DNA of 57,772 bases from Candidatus Magasanikiibacteriota bacterium (GTDB taxonomy: Bacteria; Patescibacteriota; Patescibacteriia; Magasanikbacterales; GWA2-37-8), in assembly GCA_017991415.1 (NCBI GenBank), contig JAGOQR010000001.1:1-57772 (forward strand), read 5' to 3'. Below are positions 47,793 through 56,787 of this stretch, in pieces; the stretch's first letter is position 1; each line of letters begins with the position of its first letter. The translations under genes and the position numbers were made by a program. Under the pieces are notes generated by a model. That model was not told the DNA's origin, did no database searches, and saw only the letters and a program-made list of their open reading frames with translations.

Positions 47793-48404
47793 ATGCCTCG
47801 ATACCATAAAATTTTAATCGCCACTAACGCAGCCGTACTTATTTGGTCGGCCATTAAACCGCATGACTACCTTACACTGTTACTGGAGACATTTCCTTTG
47901 ATAATTGGCTTTATTATTTTGGCGTTTACCTACAAAAAATTTCAACTTACAAATCTTGCCTATACTCTTATTACCACTCAGGCAATTATTCTTATGATTG
48001 GCGGTCATTATACATATGTGGAAGTGCCTTTTTTTAGCTGGCTGCAAGATACTGGTATTTTTGCCAGAAATAATTATGATAAATTAGGACATTTTATCCA
48101 AGGTTTTGGACCCGCTATTATTGCTCGAGAGATTCTTTTGCGCACTTCGCCACTTCGACCCGGCAAATGGCTTAATTTTTTAGTTGTGGCCATTGCAGGA
48201 TTTATCGCTGCGATATACGAAATTATTGAGTGGGTAACGGCCGCAAGTATTGGCTCAGCCAGTGATTCATTTTTGGCCACACAAGGATATGTCTGGGACA
48301 CACAAACCGATATGGCTCTATGCCTAATTGGTGCTATACTATCATTACTCCTCTTGTCAAAATTACATGACAGACAATTGAATGAAATTGGGACAAAAAA
48401 TTAA
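47793..48404 (+). CDS. polytopic membrane protein (DUF2238/YjdF-like)
   Basis: 203 aa with 5-6 TM helices and NNYDKLGHFIQGFG and YEIIEW segments. Confidence 0.4.
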   Translation: MPRYHKILIATNAAVLIWSAIKPHDYLTLLLETFPLIIGFIILAFTYKKFQLTNLAYTLITTQAIILMIGGHYTYVEVPFFSWLQDTGIFARNNYDKLGHFIQGFGPAIIAREILLRTSPLRPGKWLNFLVVAIAGFIAAIYEIIEWVTAASIGSASDSFLATQGYVWDTQTDMALCLIGAILSLLLLSKLHDRQLNEIGTKN

Positions 48405-48483
48405 CAAAGCTTTACTACAAACAGTTATTACTCTAAACACTGCGCGCCTCACTTAAAATAACAGACGAGGATTACAAAAAAAT

Positions 48484-49944
48484 ATGGAGAACCTAGAAAC
48501 TAAGCATATTCATTTTATTGGTATTTGTGGGGTAGCGATGAGCGCACTTGCCACTGCTTTTCATAATGAAGGATGGCAGGTAACTGGCAGCGATGTTGGG
48601 TTTTTTCCACCTATATCAGACTATCTAAAAAATAATAACATTGCTTTTTATCCTGGCTGGCATGTAGAAAAAATGATGCAATATGGCGCACCAGATGTAA
48701 TAGTTGTTGGCAACGTGGCTGGATCTACTAATCCAGAATTTATCTTTGCTCAAGAAAATAAACTTAATTACAAATCATACCCCGAAGTAATTGCTGAATA
48801 CATCGTAGAAAAAAACTCTTTGGTTTGCGCAGGAACATACGGAAAAACTTCGACGAGCGTATTGCTTACCCTGCTGTTACAAAAGGCTGGATTTGACCCG
48901 AGCTATATGTTTGGCGGTTTGAGCAAAAATATAACCTCGAGCGCCAAAATAAAATCTAATGCCAAAGAAAAATTGGCAGCATGGAGTGTTTTAGAAGGAG
49001 ATGAATATAAAACAGCGCGTTGGGATAATCGACCTAAATTTGCACTCTACTCCCCGACACACCTATTGCTTACGGCAGTAACCTGGGATCATGCCGATAT
49101 CTACCCTACCGAAGAAAGTTATCTGCAGGCATTCAAAGACTTGGTAGCCATGATTCCTGCAGATGGCATAATCGTAACCACATTAGATGATAAAATTAAA
49201 AAAGTCCTCGAAAACAAACTTGAAAAAACAAACGTGGTATCTTATGGAAAAGATGAAAAAAGCGACTATATACTAAGCGATATTACCCAAACAGTAGCTG
49301 GTCTTAATTTTAAAATCTCACATAACGGACAGGAACACACAGTGCATACTCCTGTAATAGGAGAACATATGGCCGAAAATATCTGCGGTGTTTTTGCTAT
49401 GGCCACCGAAATTGGTATTGATGCAAATATTATTTTACAAACAATTGCTGAGTTTAATGGCATAAAAAGACGCCTCGAAAAAAGATATCAGGGCATTATT
49501 ACTATCTACGACGATCTTGCACACTCTCCTGCTAAAGCCCAGGCAACACTTAAAACTTTACGTTCTATCTACCCACAAAACAAAATAATTGCCATCTTTG
49601 AACCAAATACTGGCAATCGCCGACCCCAAGCAGCAATCTCGTACGACAGGGCTTTTAATGATGCAGACGAAGTAATAATTCCTAATCTTACAAAATTAAA
49701 AATAAACGAACAGGAGACCGAATTGCCTTTTGAAGGCCAAACCTTGCAAGAAATAATCGCTAAAACTCATCCAAAGGCAACCTTTATCGAAAATGACAAT
49801 AATTTAATTGAATATATAAAAAACAATACCAAAAAAGAAGACGTTGTCGTCTTCTTAGGCTCGCACGGATTTAGAGGTATGATTGACGAACTGGTACTCC
49901 AGGTAGCCAATCCACCAAGTTTATTTAAAGTTGATCTGGTATAA
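48484..49944 (+). CDS. mpl: Mur ligase, Mpl/MurC-type (UDP-MurNAc:peptide or L-Ala ligase)
   Basis: 486 aa with IHFIGICGVAMSALA...VTGSD, an FPPIS segment (Mpl-like) and P-loop GTYGKTSTS. Confidence 0.7.
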   Translation: MENLETKHIHFIGICGVAMSALATAFHNEGWQVTGSDVGFFPPISDYLKNNNIAFYPGWHVEKMMQYGAPDVIVVGNVAGSTNPEFIFAQENKLNYKSYPEVIAEYIVEKNSLVCAGTYGKTSTSVLLTLLLQKAGFDPSYMFGGLSKNITSSAKIKSNAKEKLAAWSVLEGDEYKTARWDNRPKFALYSPTHLLLTAVTWDHADIYPTEESYLQAFKDLVAMIPADGIIVTTLDDKIKKVLENKLEKTNVVSYGKDEKSDYILSDITQTVAGLNFKISHNGQEHTVHTPVIGEHMAENICGVFAMATEIGIDANIILQTIAEFNGIKRRLEKRYQGIITIYDDLAHSPAKAQATLKTLRSIYPQNKIIAIFEPNTGNRRPQAAISYDRAFNDADEVIIPNLTKLKINEQETELPFEGQTLQEIIAKTHPKATFIENDNNLIEYIKNNTKKEDVVVFLGSHGFRGMIDELVLQVANPPSLFKVDLV

Positions 49945-49957
49945 ACTAGCAGAGATG

Positions 49958-50122
49958 CTATTTACCTTCGTCCACGACCTCTGCGCCAACATTATTTTCT
50001 TCGATTTTGTTAATCATTAATGTAATACCGCACACATTGCACTCTACCACATTACCAACAGCTAAATTGACATACGAAGAAAGATTAACTTCATTTTGGC
50101 ATTCTGGACAGGTAAGTTTCAT
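49958..50122 (-). CDS. LysW/ArgW-like zinc-ribbon small protein (54 aa)
   Basis: MKLTCPECQNEVNLSSYVNLAVGNVVECNVCGITLMINKIEENNVGAEVVDEGK has CPEC...CNVC and an acidic tail. I placed the start at ATG 50122. The longer 111-aa ORF overlaps the divergent gene. Confidence 0.4.
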   Translation of the reverse strand: MKLTCPECQNEVNLSSYVNLAVGNVVECNVCGITLMINKIEENNVGAEVVDEGK

Positions 50123-50245
50123 ATAAAATAAGTAATATTTAGATTTTCTATCACGTATACAACCCCTTATGCAGAGGCTACATAGCCAGATTGAAATAAC
50201 AAAAATGATTATATACCAAATGTAGCTTTTCTGCAATAACAGCAC

Positions 50246-51172
50246 ATGAATAAAAAATATATGAAAAAAATAATTAAGCCACTCACCCCTCAAAGAGAAG
50301 CCAAAAAATTAGCTTCGGCTTTTGCTACTGATATAAAACTATACTTAAAAAGGGAAGATCTGCACCCCTACGGCTCCCACAAAGGAAGGTCTATCCCCCA
50401 CATGATAGAAACATACGTACAAAACGGTATTACTAATTTTTGTATCTCTTCATCAGGCAACGCAGCATTGGCAGCGGCATTATACATAAAAAAATATAAT
50501 ACTAAACATAAAAGCAGTAGGCTTACATTAACAATTTTTTTAGGAAAAAATATCAACAAAGAAAAATTAGCTATTTTAGAAAACCTGGATGAAACCACTA
50601 TACACATCGAAAAAACTGATAATCCTAAACAATCGGCATTCAAAATGGACAAAGCTTCTTTGGCAAAGAATCTACGACAATCTACCGACGATACAGCGCT
50701 CGTTGGCTACGCTGATCTTGCCCACGAGCTGTCCACTATAAAAAACCTACAAGCTATTTTTATTCCTACATCAAGCGGCACCACGGCCGAAGGTTTATAT
50801 AAAAGTTTTACTCACATGGGTTTGAAACCACAGATTCATGTTGTCCAAACTACATCGTGCCACCCTATTGCCCAAGCTTTTGCTCCCACGATAACACAGT
50901 TGCAATCCCCAACCGAAACTTCCCTGGCTGGAGCAATTGTAGATAAGATAGTTTTTAGAAAAAACAATGTGCTCCAAGCAGTTAAAAAAAGCAAAGGAAA
51001 TACGTGGATATGTACTAATGCAGAAATTAAACAGGCAATAAAAATAATAAAAAAAACAGAGAATATAGATATCTCTGCAAATAGTGCTTTGTCTGTAGCA
51101 GCACTTTCTCAAGCAATAAAAAATAATTGGGACTGTACAGGCGCCGCTGTTTGCCTTATAACCGGGCGCTAG
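50246..51172 (+). CDS. PLP-dependent fold-type II enzyme (threonine synthase / Trp-synthase-beta-like)
   Basis: 308 aa with PLP-lysine region HPYGSHKGRS and glycine loop IPTSSGTTAEG. An alternative start exists at MKKIIKP. Confidence 0.6.
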   Translation: MNKKYMKKIIKPLTPQREAKKLASAFATDIKLYLKREDLHPYGSHKGRSIPHMIETYVQNGITNFCISSSGNAALAAALYIKKYNTKHKSSRLTLTIFLGKNINKEKLAILENLDETTIHIEKTDNPKQSAFKMDKASLAKNLRQSTDDTALVGYADLAHELSTIKNLQAIFIPTSSGTTAEGLYKSFTHMGLKPQIHVVQTTSCHPIAQAFAPTITQLQSPTETSLAGAIVDKIVFRKNNVLQAVKKSKGNTWICTNAEIKQAIKIIKKTENIDISANSALSVAALSQAIKNNWDCTGAAVCLITGR

Positions 51173-51186
51173 AACACCAGCACTCT

Positions 51187-53238
51187 TTATTGCTTATTCA
51201 TAAGCACTACTTCATCTCTTCCATCAAAATCCACATCAACAGCACCGACTGTTACTGGCCCAGTGGTAAAACTCGAAGAAACTTTAAACTGTGATAATAA
51301 TTTACCTGCTATGGTATAAATTTTTATTTGCTTATATTTTCCAAAATCATAGGAAACAATTATCTCTTTTTGAGCATCACCGGTTACATTTCCCACAGCT
51401 ACCCCCAAGTCTCCTTTGAGCCGAGCTGTATCTACAAAAAATCTTTTATTAATTTTGGAAAAATTATTGTTATATATAATTACTTCGGGTCTAGCACCAT
51501 TGCCGCGCGCTACAACTATCTGGCCATTTTTATCTGGCGCCACAACCGCATCTTCGGCAATAGCCACAGACAAACCAGCTTTGTATGTTTTGCCTAATGG
51601 AAAAATATTTTCTTTCACGATACCGCCGTGGTAATTGTATATTACTGCTTGACCACCTTTATTTTGAGTCACCACAATTGAATCTGTGCGCGCACCGCCA
51701 ATTTTGCCAATCGCGATTCTTAATTCACCTTTATAATTAGCAAAAGGAAAACCTTCGAACCATATTTGATTGCTACTATTAAATATTTGCAATTTTTGAC
51801 CAGTGACAATAATTTTTTCTTCTTGACCGTCGGCATCAAGATCGCCATAGTATATTTGAGCGCCTCCCAAAATACCTTCTTCATAAATAAAAAGACCGTT
51901 ACGAGCACGATTTCCTTTAACATCAAAAAATCGCACAAAATTTCCATTGCCAAAAACTAAATTTTTTAATGTTTGAAATGTTCGAAGCATTATAACTCCA
52001 TCTTTTGCAGGCAAGCTGAGCTGGCTTACAATAGCTCCGTTATTAATATTTTTATCCTGAGTACCTGTTAACTTTTCATACTCTCCTCCCAAATCTATAT
52101 CCTGAGACTGAGCTGTGGCATTTACAAGCGCAATTCCATTTTCATACTCACGTCGCCAGACATCTTCTTCGAATTGCGGTTTATTATTTAACGAAAGTGC
52201 AGTTCCAAGCGGCTTACCAAGCTCTACATCATACTCATCATACCACCATGTTTGATTATGATTTTGATCTCCAAAATCATAGGAATAATATCCGTCGAGC
52301 ATTAGGGTGCTGGCGAGTCCAAAACGAACTTTTTTTAAATTACTTGTTTCGGTACCTTTGTTACCTGTATTTGCATTAATAACCATAAACCGAGGCAACG
52401 GACCACCTTGTTGATTGGAGACATACAAACGCATCGTTTCTTTCCAGCTACCTGCATTCGGGAAACTTTCAAGCATGGCACCATTTAAATCATTTTTATA
52501 TGCATCGTTATTAGTATTTCCCATGATAATAAAACGATCGCCTGCCAATCTTCTTGTTTCCTGATACAGCTGACGCATACCTTGTTGCCAATGACCATCA
52601 ATATCGGAATCTGGCACAGAATCTTTATTAAAGTCTACTCTATCTCCTGCAATCCACTTAACTTCTTTCCAAGCATTATCATAAAAAACACCATTCCACA
52701 ATCCAGTGGAAAAAATTTCTCTATTTACAAATTGAGCAAGATACTGGTTAAAACGTATGCCATTTATTTGCGGAGCAGTATCGGCGACATTAAGCATCCA
52801 AGTCCCCGGCCAAAAACTTATTTTATTGTTTTGAATATCTGTTAAATACCAATTTTGCTCTATACCAGAAACTAGCTTACGACGCATCATGCTATAGCTT
52901 GTGGCTGCATCTGTTTTAATTTCTTGAGGAGTAATATATGCAAGAAGTATGATGTCTGGATTAAGCTCTTTAATTTTTCTCAAAGCTGCCTGACTATTTA
53001 CTTGGGTCTCCATATCCAAAATAAGCAAATCCCATTTTGCTAACTCTGGTATTTTGGAAGCTGGGATATCCCATCCTAAAAAATAATTCGCACGACGCGG
53101 AGATATTCGCACAGCCGAAGAGCCTCCAGGAAATAATAAACCAACATAACCTACCAAAACAAGCACTAAAGCAGCGGCCATCAGATGATGCCGCCCTAAA
53201 ACTATTTTTTTATTCCTCCTTTTTCTTTGTGCAGGCAT
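51187..53238 (-). CDS. signal-anchored exported protein: putative glycoside-hydrolase-like TIM-barrel domain plus FG-GAP/VCBS-like repeats
   Basis: 683 aa with an N-terminal TM helix (LMAAALVLVLVGYVGLL). C-terminal repeats carry Ca-binding-like DxDxDG motifs (GDLDADGQEE, VDVDFDGRDE). Confidence 0.45.
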   Translation of the reverse strand: MPAQRKRRNKKIVLGRHHLMAAALVLVLVGYVGLLFPGGSSAVRISPRRANYFLGWDIPASKIPELAKWDLLILDMETQVNSQAALRKIKELNPDIILLAYITPQEIKTDAATSYSMMRRKLVSGIEQNWYLTDIQNNKISFWPGTWMLNVADTAPQINGIRFNQYLAQFVNREIFSTGLWNGVFYDNAWKEVKWIAGDRVDFNKDSVPDSDIDGHWQQGMRQLYQETRRLAGDRFIIMGNTNNDAYKNDLNGAMLESFPNAGSWKETMRLYVSNQQGGPLPRFMVINANTGNKGTETSNLKKVRFGLASTLMLDGYYSYDFGDQNHNQTWWYDEYDVELGKPLGTALSLNNKPQFEEDVWRREYENGIALVNATAQSQDIDLGGEYEKLTGTQDKNINNGAIVSQLSLPAKDGVIMLRTFQTLKNLVFGNGNFVRFFDVKGNRARNGLFIYEEGILGGAQIYYGDLDADGQEEKIIVTGQKLQIFNSSNQIWFEGFPFANYKGELRIAIGKIGGARTDSIVVTQNKGGQAVIYNYHGGIVKENIFPLGKTYKAGLSVAIAEDAVVAPDKNGQIVVARGNGARPEVIIYNNNFSKINKRFFVDTARLKGDLGVAVGNVTGDAQKEIIVSYDFGKYKQIKIYTIAGKLLSQFKVSSSFTTGPVTVGAVDVDFDGRDEVVLMNKQ

Positions 53239-53337
53239 ACATTTTTGTCATGCGAGAAAGCTATAAGAATATATAAAATCTTATACAGCTGCCTGACATA
53301 ACAAGTATTGAACTGGCTTTAATTTATCATAAAATGG

Positions 53338-53346
53338 TGTTATAAT
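53338..53346 (+). promoter_or_regulatory. extended -10 promoter element upstream of the O-antigen-ligase-like gene
   Basis: TGTTATAAT ends 54 nt upstream of ATG 53401. Confidence 0.4.
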
Positions 53347-53400
53347 CAAGAAAATATCCTGCTTCGTATTAACTCACAACTCTGCTCTACCAGTTTTCCT

Positions 53401-54792
53401 ATGAACCATATTAAAAACTTTTCGATAAGCGCCTTGGCAGTTATTTTCTTGATAGTTTTTACTATTTTTAATCCGAATACAAGTTTGGACTTATCTGCTT
53501 TTTTACTTATCAGTTTTATTATTCTGCAAAAAATACTCGGTGAATATTTTATTTTGGTGCTCCTGGCTATACGTCCCACCCTAGATTATTGGCGAGATTA
53601 TAACCTTTTTTCTTTTTACAACTTCGACTTTAATACCAATGCCGCCTTATCTATTTTTTTATTAACCTGGAGTATAATTTTTTGCGTAAAAAATTATACC
53701 TACTTTAAAAATGTGCCACTCAAGGCACCGTGGCTTATTTTTATCATCTGGTGTTTTATCTCTGCGTTTTATACCTATCACATACCTTCAACCATAACCG
53801 AAGGTATAAAACTAGCAAACCTGTTTGGACTTTTTGCCATATGCCACATAATGGCTCAAAAAAACCCCGAGAAATTTAAAATAAATTTTCTAAAATCAAT
53901 TGTGGCGGCGGGCACAATTCCTATCCTCATTGGTGTTTGGCAATTTATCACTAAAACAGGGGTAGATATAGATGAGGTGTCAAATAGAATTTATGGAACA
54001 TTTGCTCACCCCAATGTATTAGCTACTTTTACCCTTGTGCTGCTTATTGTGGTAGCGCACGAAATTATTACTAAACAAAATAAATCTAGCGACTTTTTTG
54101 ATCTTAAAAAAGACTCACCATTAAAATTTTTAGGTCTATTTTTACTTTTTATTATTATCCTTACCTACACGCGCATTGCTTGGATTGGGGTTGCGCTCCT
54201 TGCAGCTATAATCGGCTTCATATACTACCGAAAACTCTTGGCATATACACTTGGAATAATTATTCTTTTTTATATTTTATTTTATCCAATTAATAATTAT
54301 TTAATCAATAATTATAATATAAATTTACAGTCCTCTACTCTTATCTTTAGGCTCACTGCTCGCAACCAAGACTCCGATTCAGTCCGATGGCGAACAAATT
54401 TAGCTACTAAAATCCTGCCTCTTTTTAGAGAAAAATATATTATTGGTTATGGCTATGGCACGTTTGCCAGGGTCTGGGATGATAACAAAGATATAGAAAA
54501 CTTATGGGATAATACGTCCGAAGCCCATAATGATTACATCAAAATAGCCTTTGAGTCTGGCATTATCGGACTCGCCCTTTTCTTACTTATTTTCTTCACT
54601 CTCCTGTATCGCCAGTTCATGTACGGAATAAAAAATAATTGGAAAAATATTGTACTTATTGCCAGCATTTTTGTATATCTTACACTAAGTCTTTCTGACA
54701 ACATGCTTCACCACACACCTGTTATCTGGTGGTTCTGGGCTATTTGGGGAACTTGGGAAGCGCTTCAACACACATCTTTAGCAGCAAAATAG
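53401..54792 (+). CDS. O-antigen ligase/polymerase-like (Wzy_C) polytopic membrane protein
   Basis: 463 aa with at least 10 TM helices and a periplasmic-loop motif EAHNDYIKIAFESGIIGL. Confidence 0.65.
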   Translation: MNHIKNFSISALAVIFLIVFTIFNPNTSLDLSAFLLISFIILQKILGEYFILVLLAIRPTLDYWRDYNLFSFYNFDFNTNAALSIFLLTWSIIFCVKNYTYFKNVPLKAPWLIFIIWCFISAFYTYHIPSTITEGIKLANLFGLFAICHIMAQKNPEKFKINFLKSIVAAGTIPILIGVWQFITKTGVDIDEVSNRIYGTFAHPNVLATFTLVLLIVVAHEIITKQNKSSDFFDLKKDSPLKFLGLFLLFIIILTYTRIAWIGVALLAAIIGFIYYRKLLAYTLGIIILFYILFYPINNYLINNYNINLQSSTLIFRLTARNQDSDSVRWRTNLATKILPLFREKYIIGYGYGTFARVWDDNKDIENLWDNTSEAHNDYIKIAFESGIIGLALFLLIFFTLLYRQFMYGIKNNWKNIVLIASIFVYLTLSLSDNMLHHTPVIWWFWAIWGTWEALQHTSLAAK

Positions 54793-54802
54793 AAACAAAA
54801 AA

Positions 54803-54868
54803 CCACCCGGGAGAGTCACCTAAATAAGTAAAAAATTATTTATTCGGGTGATCGGGTGGAAAATTTTT
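54803..54868 (+). terminator. three-segment hairpin terminator after the O-antigen-ligase-like gene
   Basis: CCACCCG pairs with CGGGTGG, TCACC with GGTGA, and TAAATAA with TTATTTA. The structure is followed by AAAATTTTT. Confidence 0.5.
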
Positions 54869-54953
54869 GCTAGGCAGATAAATCTGTCTATTTTTATTCG
54901 CTACAATGTAGCGGACACTTGAGACAGACTTTTTTATTATATAGAAATTTTTA

Positions 54954-55000
54954 TCGGAGAAGAGCTGCCGACACGACCTGCAATCTCCGATCTTCTCCGA
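54954..55000 (-). other. 3' hairpin downstream of paralog 1 (9-bp stem, 29-nt loop)
   Basis: TCGGAGAAG pairs with CTTCTCCGA. An equivalent structure follows paralog 2. Confidence 0.45.
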
Positions 55001-55027
55001 CACCAGATAACCCCTTCCCAACCATCA

Positions 55028-55702
55028 CTACGATGGCGGCACAACGACGACCTCTACCCACGCTTGGTACAACGCTGCACCATCTGCACAGGCGATCGTA
55101 AGTCGAGCCAGCTGCGGTTGAGCGATGGACATCTGCATGGTGTGGGATGGCGAAGGGTAGCTACCCGTCAAACCACCGCCCATACCAGTACAGTACATTC
55201 CGCTCCCAATATCATCCGGCGCGTTGTAGTGCAGGTTGAAGGCGATGCCTGCAATCGCTTGCATGGGAGCGTCGAGCTCCAACGCGTACACGCGGAACGT
55301 GGCCATCACATCCTCGGTACCGGGCGGACCCGAACAAACGAGGGTGTAGTCGGTGAGACCACCGATCGGCGACACCACGATGCGACCCGAGAGCCGAGTT
55401 CCCTGGATCGTGGTCGCGAGCGGCCCGTTCCAGTCGAGCACCGACGCACCATGGTTGGTGGTGCCAGTACACGAAGCGGCGTTCTCGACCTCGAAGACCA
55501 GCGTGGTCTCGGGGTGGTTCGCCCGGAGGTTGGACGTCGGCTCCAACCCGAAGCTCAGCAAGCTGAGCGGGGGCGGAGGGGCGTCGATGGGGGTAGGCTT
55601 GGCATCAACTGCCATAGCAACCTCATCAAGACCGAACACCTGATTGCAACCGACACTCGCAACAGTAGCGAGCATCACCACAAACAGTTTGATAACGTTC
55701 AT
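55028..55702 (-). CDS. high-GC secreted lipoprotein, paralog 1 (two Cys-pair beta-sandwich-like modules)
   Basis: 224 aa with signal peptide and candidate lipobox MNVIKLFVVMLATVASVGC. GAGG lies 8 nt upstream of the ATG, and third codon positions are G/C-rich. Confidence 0.75.
   Translation of the reverse strand: MNVIKLFVVMLATVASVGCNQVFGLDEVAMAVDAKPTPIDAPPPPLSLLSFGLEPTSNLRANHPETTLVFEVENAASCTGTTNHGASVLDWNGPLATTIQGTRLSGRIVVSPIGGLTDYTLVCSGPPGTEDVMATFRVYALELDAPMQAIAGIAFNLHYNAPDDIGSGMYCTGMGGGLTGSYPSPSHTMQMSIAQPQLARLTIACADGAALYQAWVEVVVVPPS
55211..55593. repeat. 383-nt block identical to 56147-56529 except for one 6-nt patch
   Basis: Base-by-base comparison at a constant offset of 936 nt. The only differences are GGCCAT (55301-55306) versus CCCAGT (56237-56242). 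Confidence 0.95.
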
Positions 55703-55769
55703 CGAAAGACCTCGGGGTTTATGTAGAGCATACGCGTTATGCGCACACTTCGGACTCTTTATTATCGTC

Positions 55770-55800
55770 CTAAATGTAATAATTTTTTTATTACATTTAG
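55770..55800. promoter_or_regulatory. perfect 11-bp inverted repeat upstream of paralog 1 (operator-like)
   Basis: CTAAATGTAAT, loop aattttttt, ATTACATTTAG. It lies 68-98 nt upstream of ATG 55702 in a spacer of about 15% GC. Confidence 0.45.
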
Positions 55801-55884
55801 AAAGACAATTAATATTTTTAAATTTTTATTTAATCAGTCATCTATTTTACTACCATTTATATATTGATAGTAAAAATTTATGAC

Positions 55885-55931
55885 AGGAGAAGCGCGCCGC
55901 TACAACAACCACAATCTCTGCTGCTTCTCCT
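55885..55931 (-). other. 3' hairpin downstream of paralog 2 (9-bp stem, 29-nt loop)
   Basis: AGGAGAAGC pairs with GCTTCTCCT. The geometry matches 54954-55000, but the stem ends differ while still pairing. Confidence 0.45.
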
Positions 55932-55963
55932 CGCCTCGATCTCTCGAGGGCTTCGGTTGCCAC

Positions 55964-56662
55964 CTACGATGGCGGCACGATGCTTACCTGGACCCAGGCG
56001 CGGTACATGACTGCGCCATCGGTACAGGTGATAGTGAACGTGACTAGTTGCGGTGACGACACCGACACCTGCATGGTGTGCGAGGGTGAAGGGTAGCTAC
56101 CCGACAGGCCGCCACCAGTTCCTACGCACCGATCTCCTGAACGAACATCATCCGGCGCGTTGTAGTGCAGGTTGAAGGCGATGCCTGCAATCGCTTGCAT
56201 GGGAGCGTCGAGCTCCAACGCGTACACGCGGAACGTCCCAGTCACATCCTCGGTACCGGGCGGACCCGAACAAACGAGGGTGTAGTCGGTGAGACCACCG
56301 ATCGGCGACACCACGATGCGACCCGAGAGCCGAGTTCCCTGGATCGTGGTCGCGAGCGGCCCGTTCCAGTCGAGCACCGACGCACCATGGTTGGTGGTGC
56401 CAGTACACGAAGCGGCGTTCTCGACCTCGAAGACCAGCGTGGTCTCGGGGTGGTTCGCCCGGAGGTTGGACGTCGGCTCCAACCCGAAGCTCAGCAAGCT
56501 GAGCGGGGGCGGAGGGGCGTCGATGGGGGCGTCGACGATCAGGGTATCGGGCGGGGGTGAGCCATCCGAATCGATCGAAGCGTCGACATCTTCTGCCCCG
56601 CGCGGCTCGAAGGCACAGGCCGTGAGAAGCATGGCGAAAATCAGAACAGGAAATGAGCGCAT
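55964..56662 (-). CDS. high-GC secreted lipoprotein, paralog 2
   Basis: 232 aa with signal peptide and lipobox MRSFPVLIFAMLLTAC. The central 128 codons are identical to paralog 1 apart from two codons. Confidence 0.78.
   Translation of the reverse strand: MRSFPVLIFAMLLTACAFEPRGAEDVDASIDSDGSPPPDTLIVDAPIDAPPPPLSLLSFGLEPTSNLRANHPETTLVFEVENAASCTGTTNHGASVLDWNGPLATTIQGTRLSGRIVVSPIGGLTDYTLVCSGPPGTEDVTGTFRVYALELDAPMQAIAGIAFNLHYNAPDDVRSGDRCVGTGGGLSGSYPSPSHTMQVSVSSPQLVTFTITCTDGAVMYRAWVQVSIVPPS
56147..56529. repeat. second copy of the 383-nt near-identical block
   Basis: See 55211-55593. Confidence 0.95.
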
Positions 56663-56748
56663 GATCCCTCGTGAGCAAAACCACTATGGTTTGCTAGTTA
56701 TGACCCTAAGGGCCGTGAAATTGTCGAGAGGCAAGTAGTTCTTACTGC

Positions 56749-56787
56749 CCTAAATCTAACAAGGAAGTTTTCATTGTGAAATTTAGG
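56749..56787. promoter_or_regulatory. inverted repeat CCTAAAT...ATTTAGG upstream of paralog 2
   Basis: 7-bp arms with the same CTAAAT/ATTTAG core as 55770-55800. It lies 87-125 nt upstream of ATG 56662. Confidence 0.35.

Noticed and set aside
50123-50293. The 111-aa version of the ORF at 49958-50293.
   Set aside because: The N-terminal 57 aa are low-complexity and hydrophobic, and they overlap the divergent PLP-enzyme start. The C-terminal 54 aa form a self-contained zinc-ribbon unit beginning at an ATG.
55028-56146. A diversity-generating retroelement (TR/VR pair) as the explanation for the diverged C-terminal 183 nt of the two paralogs.
   Set aside because: Aligning position by position, the differences include all substitution types on both strands and are not confined to adenine positions of one copy. 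No reverse transcriptase or accessory gene is visible in the window.
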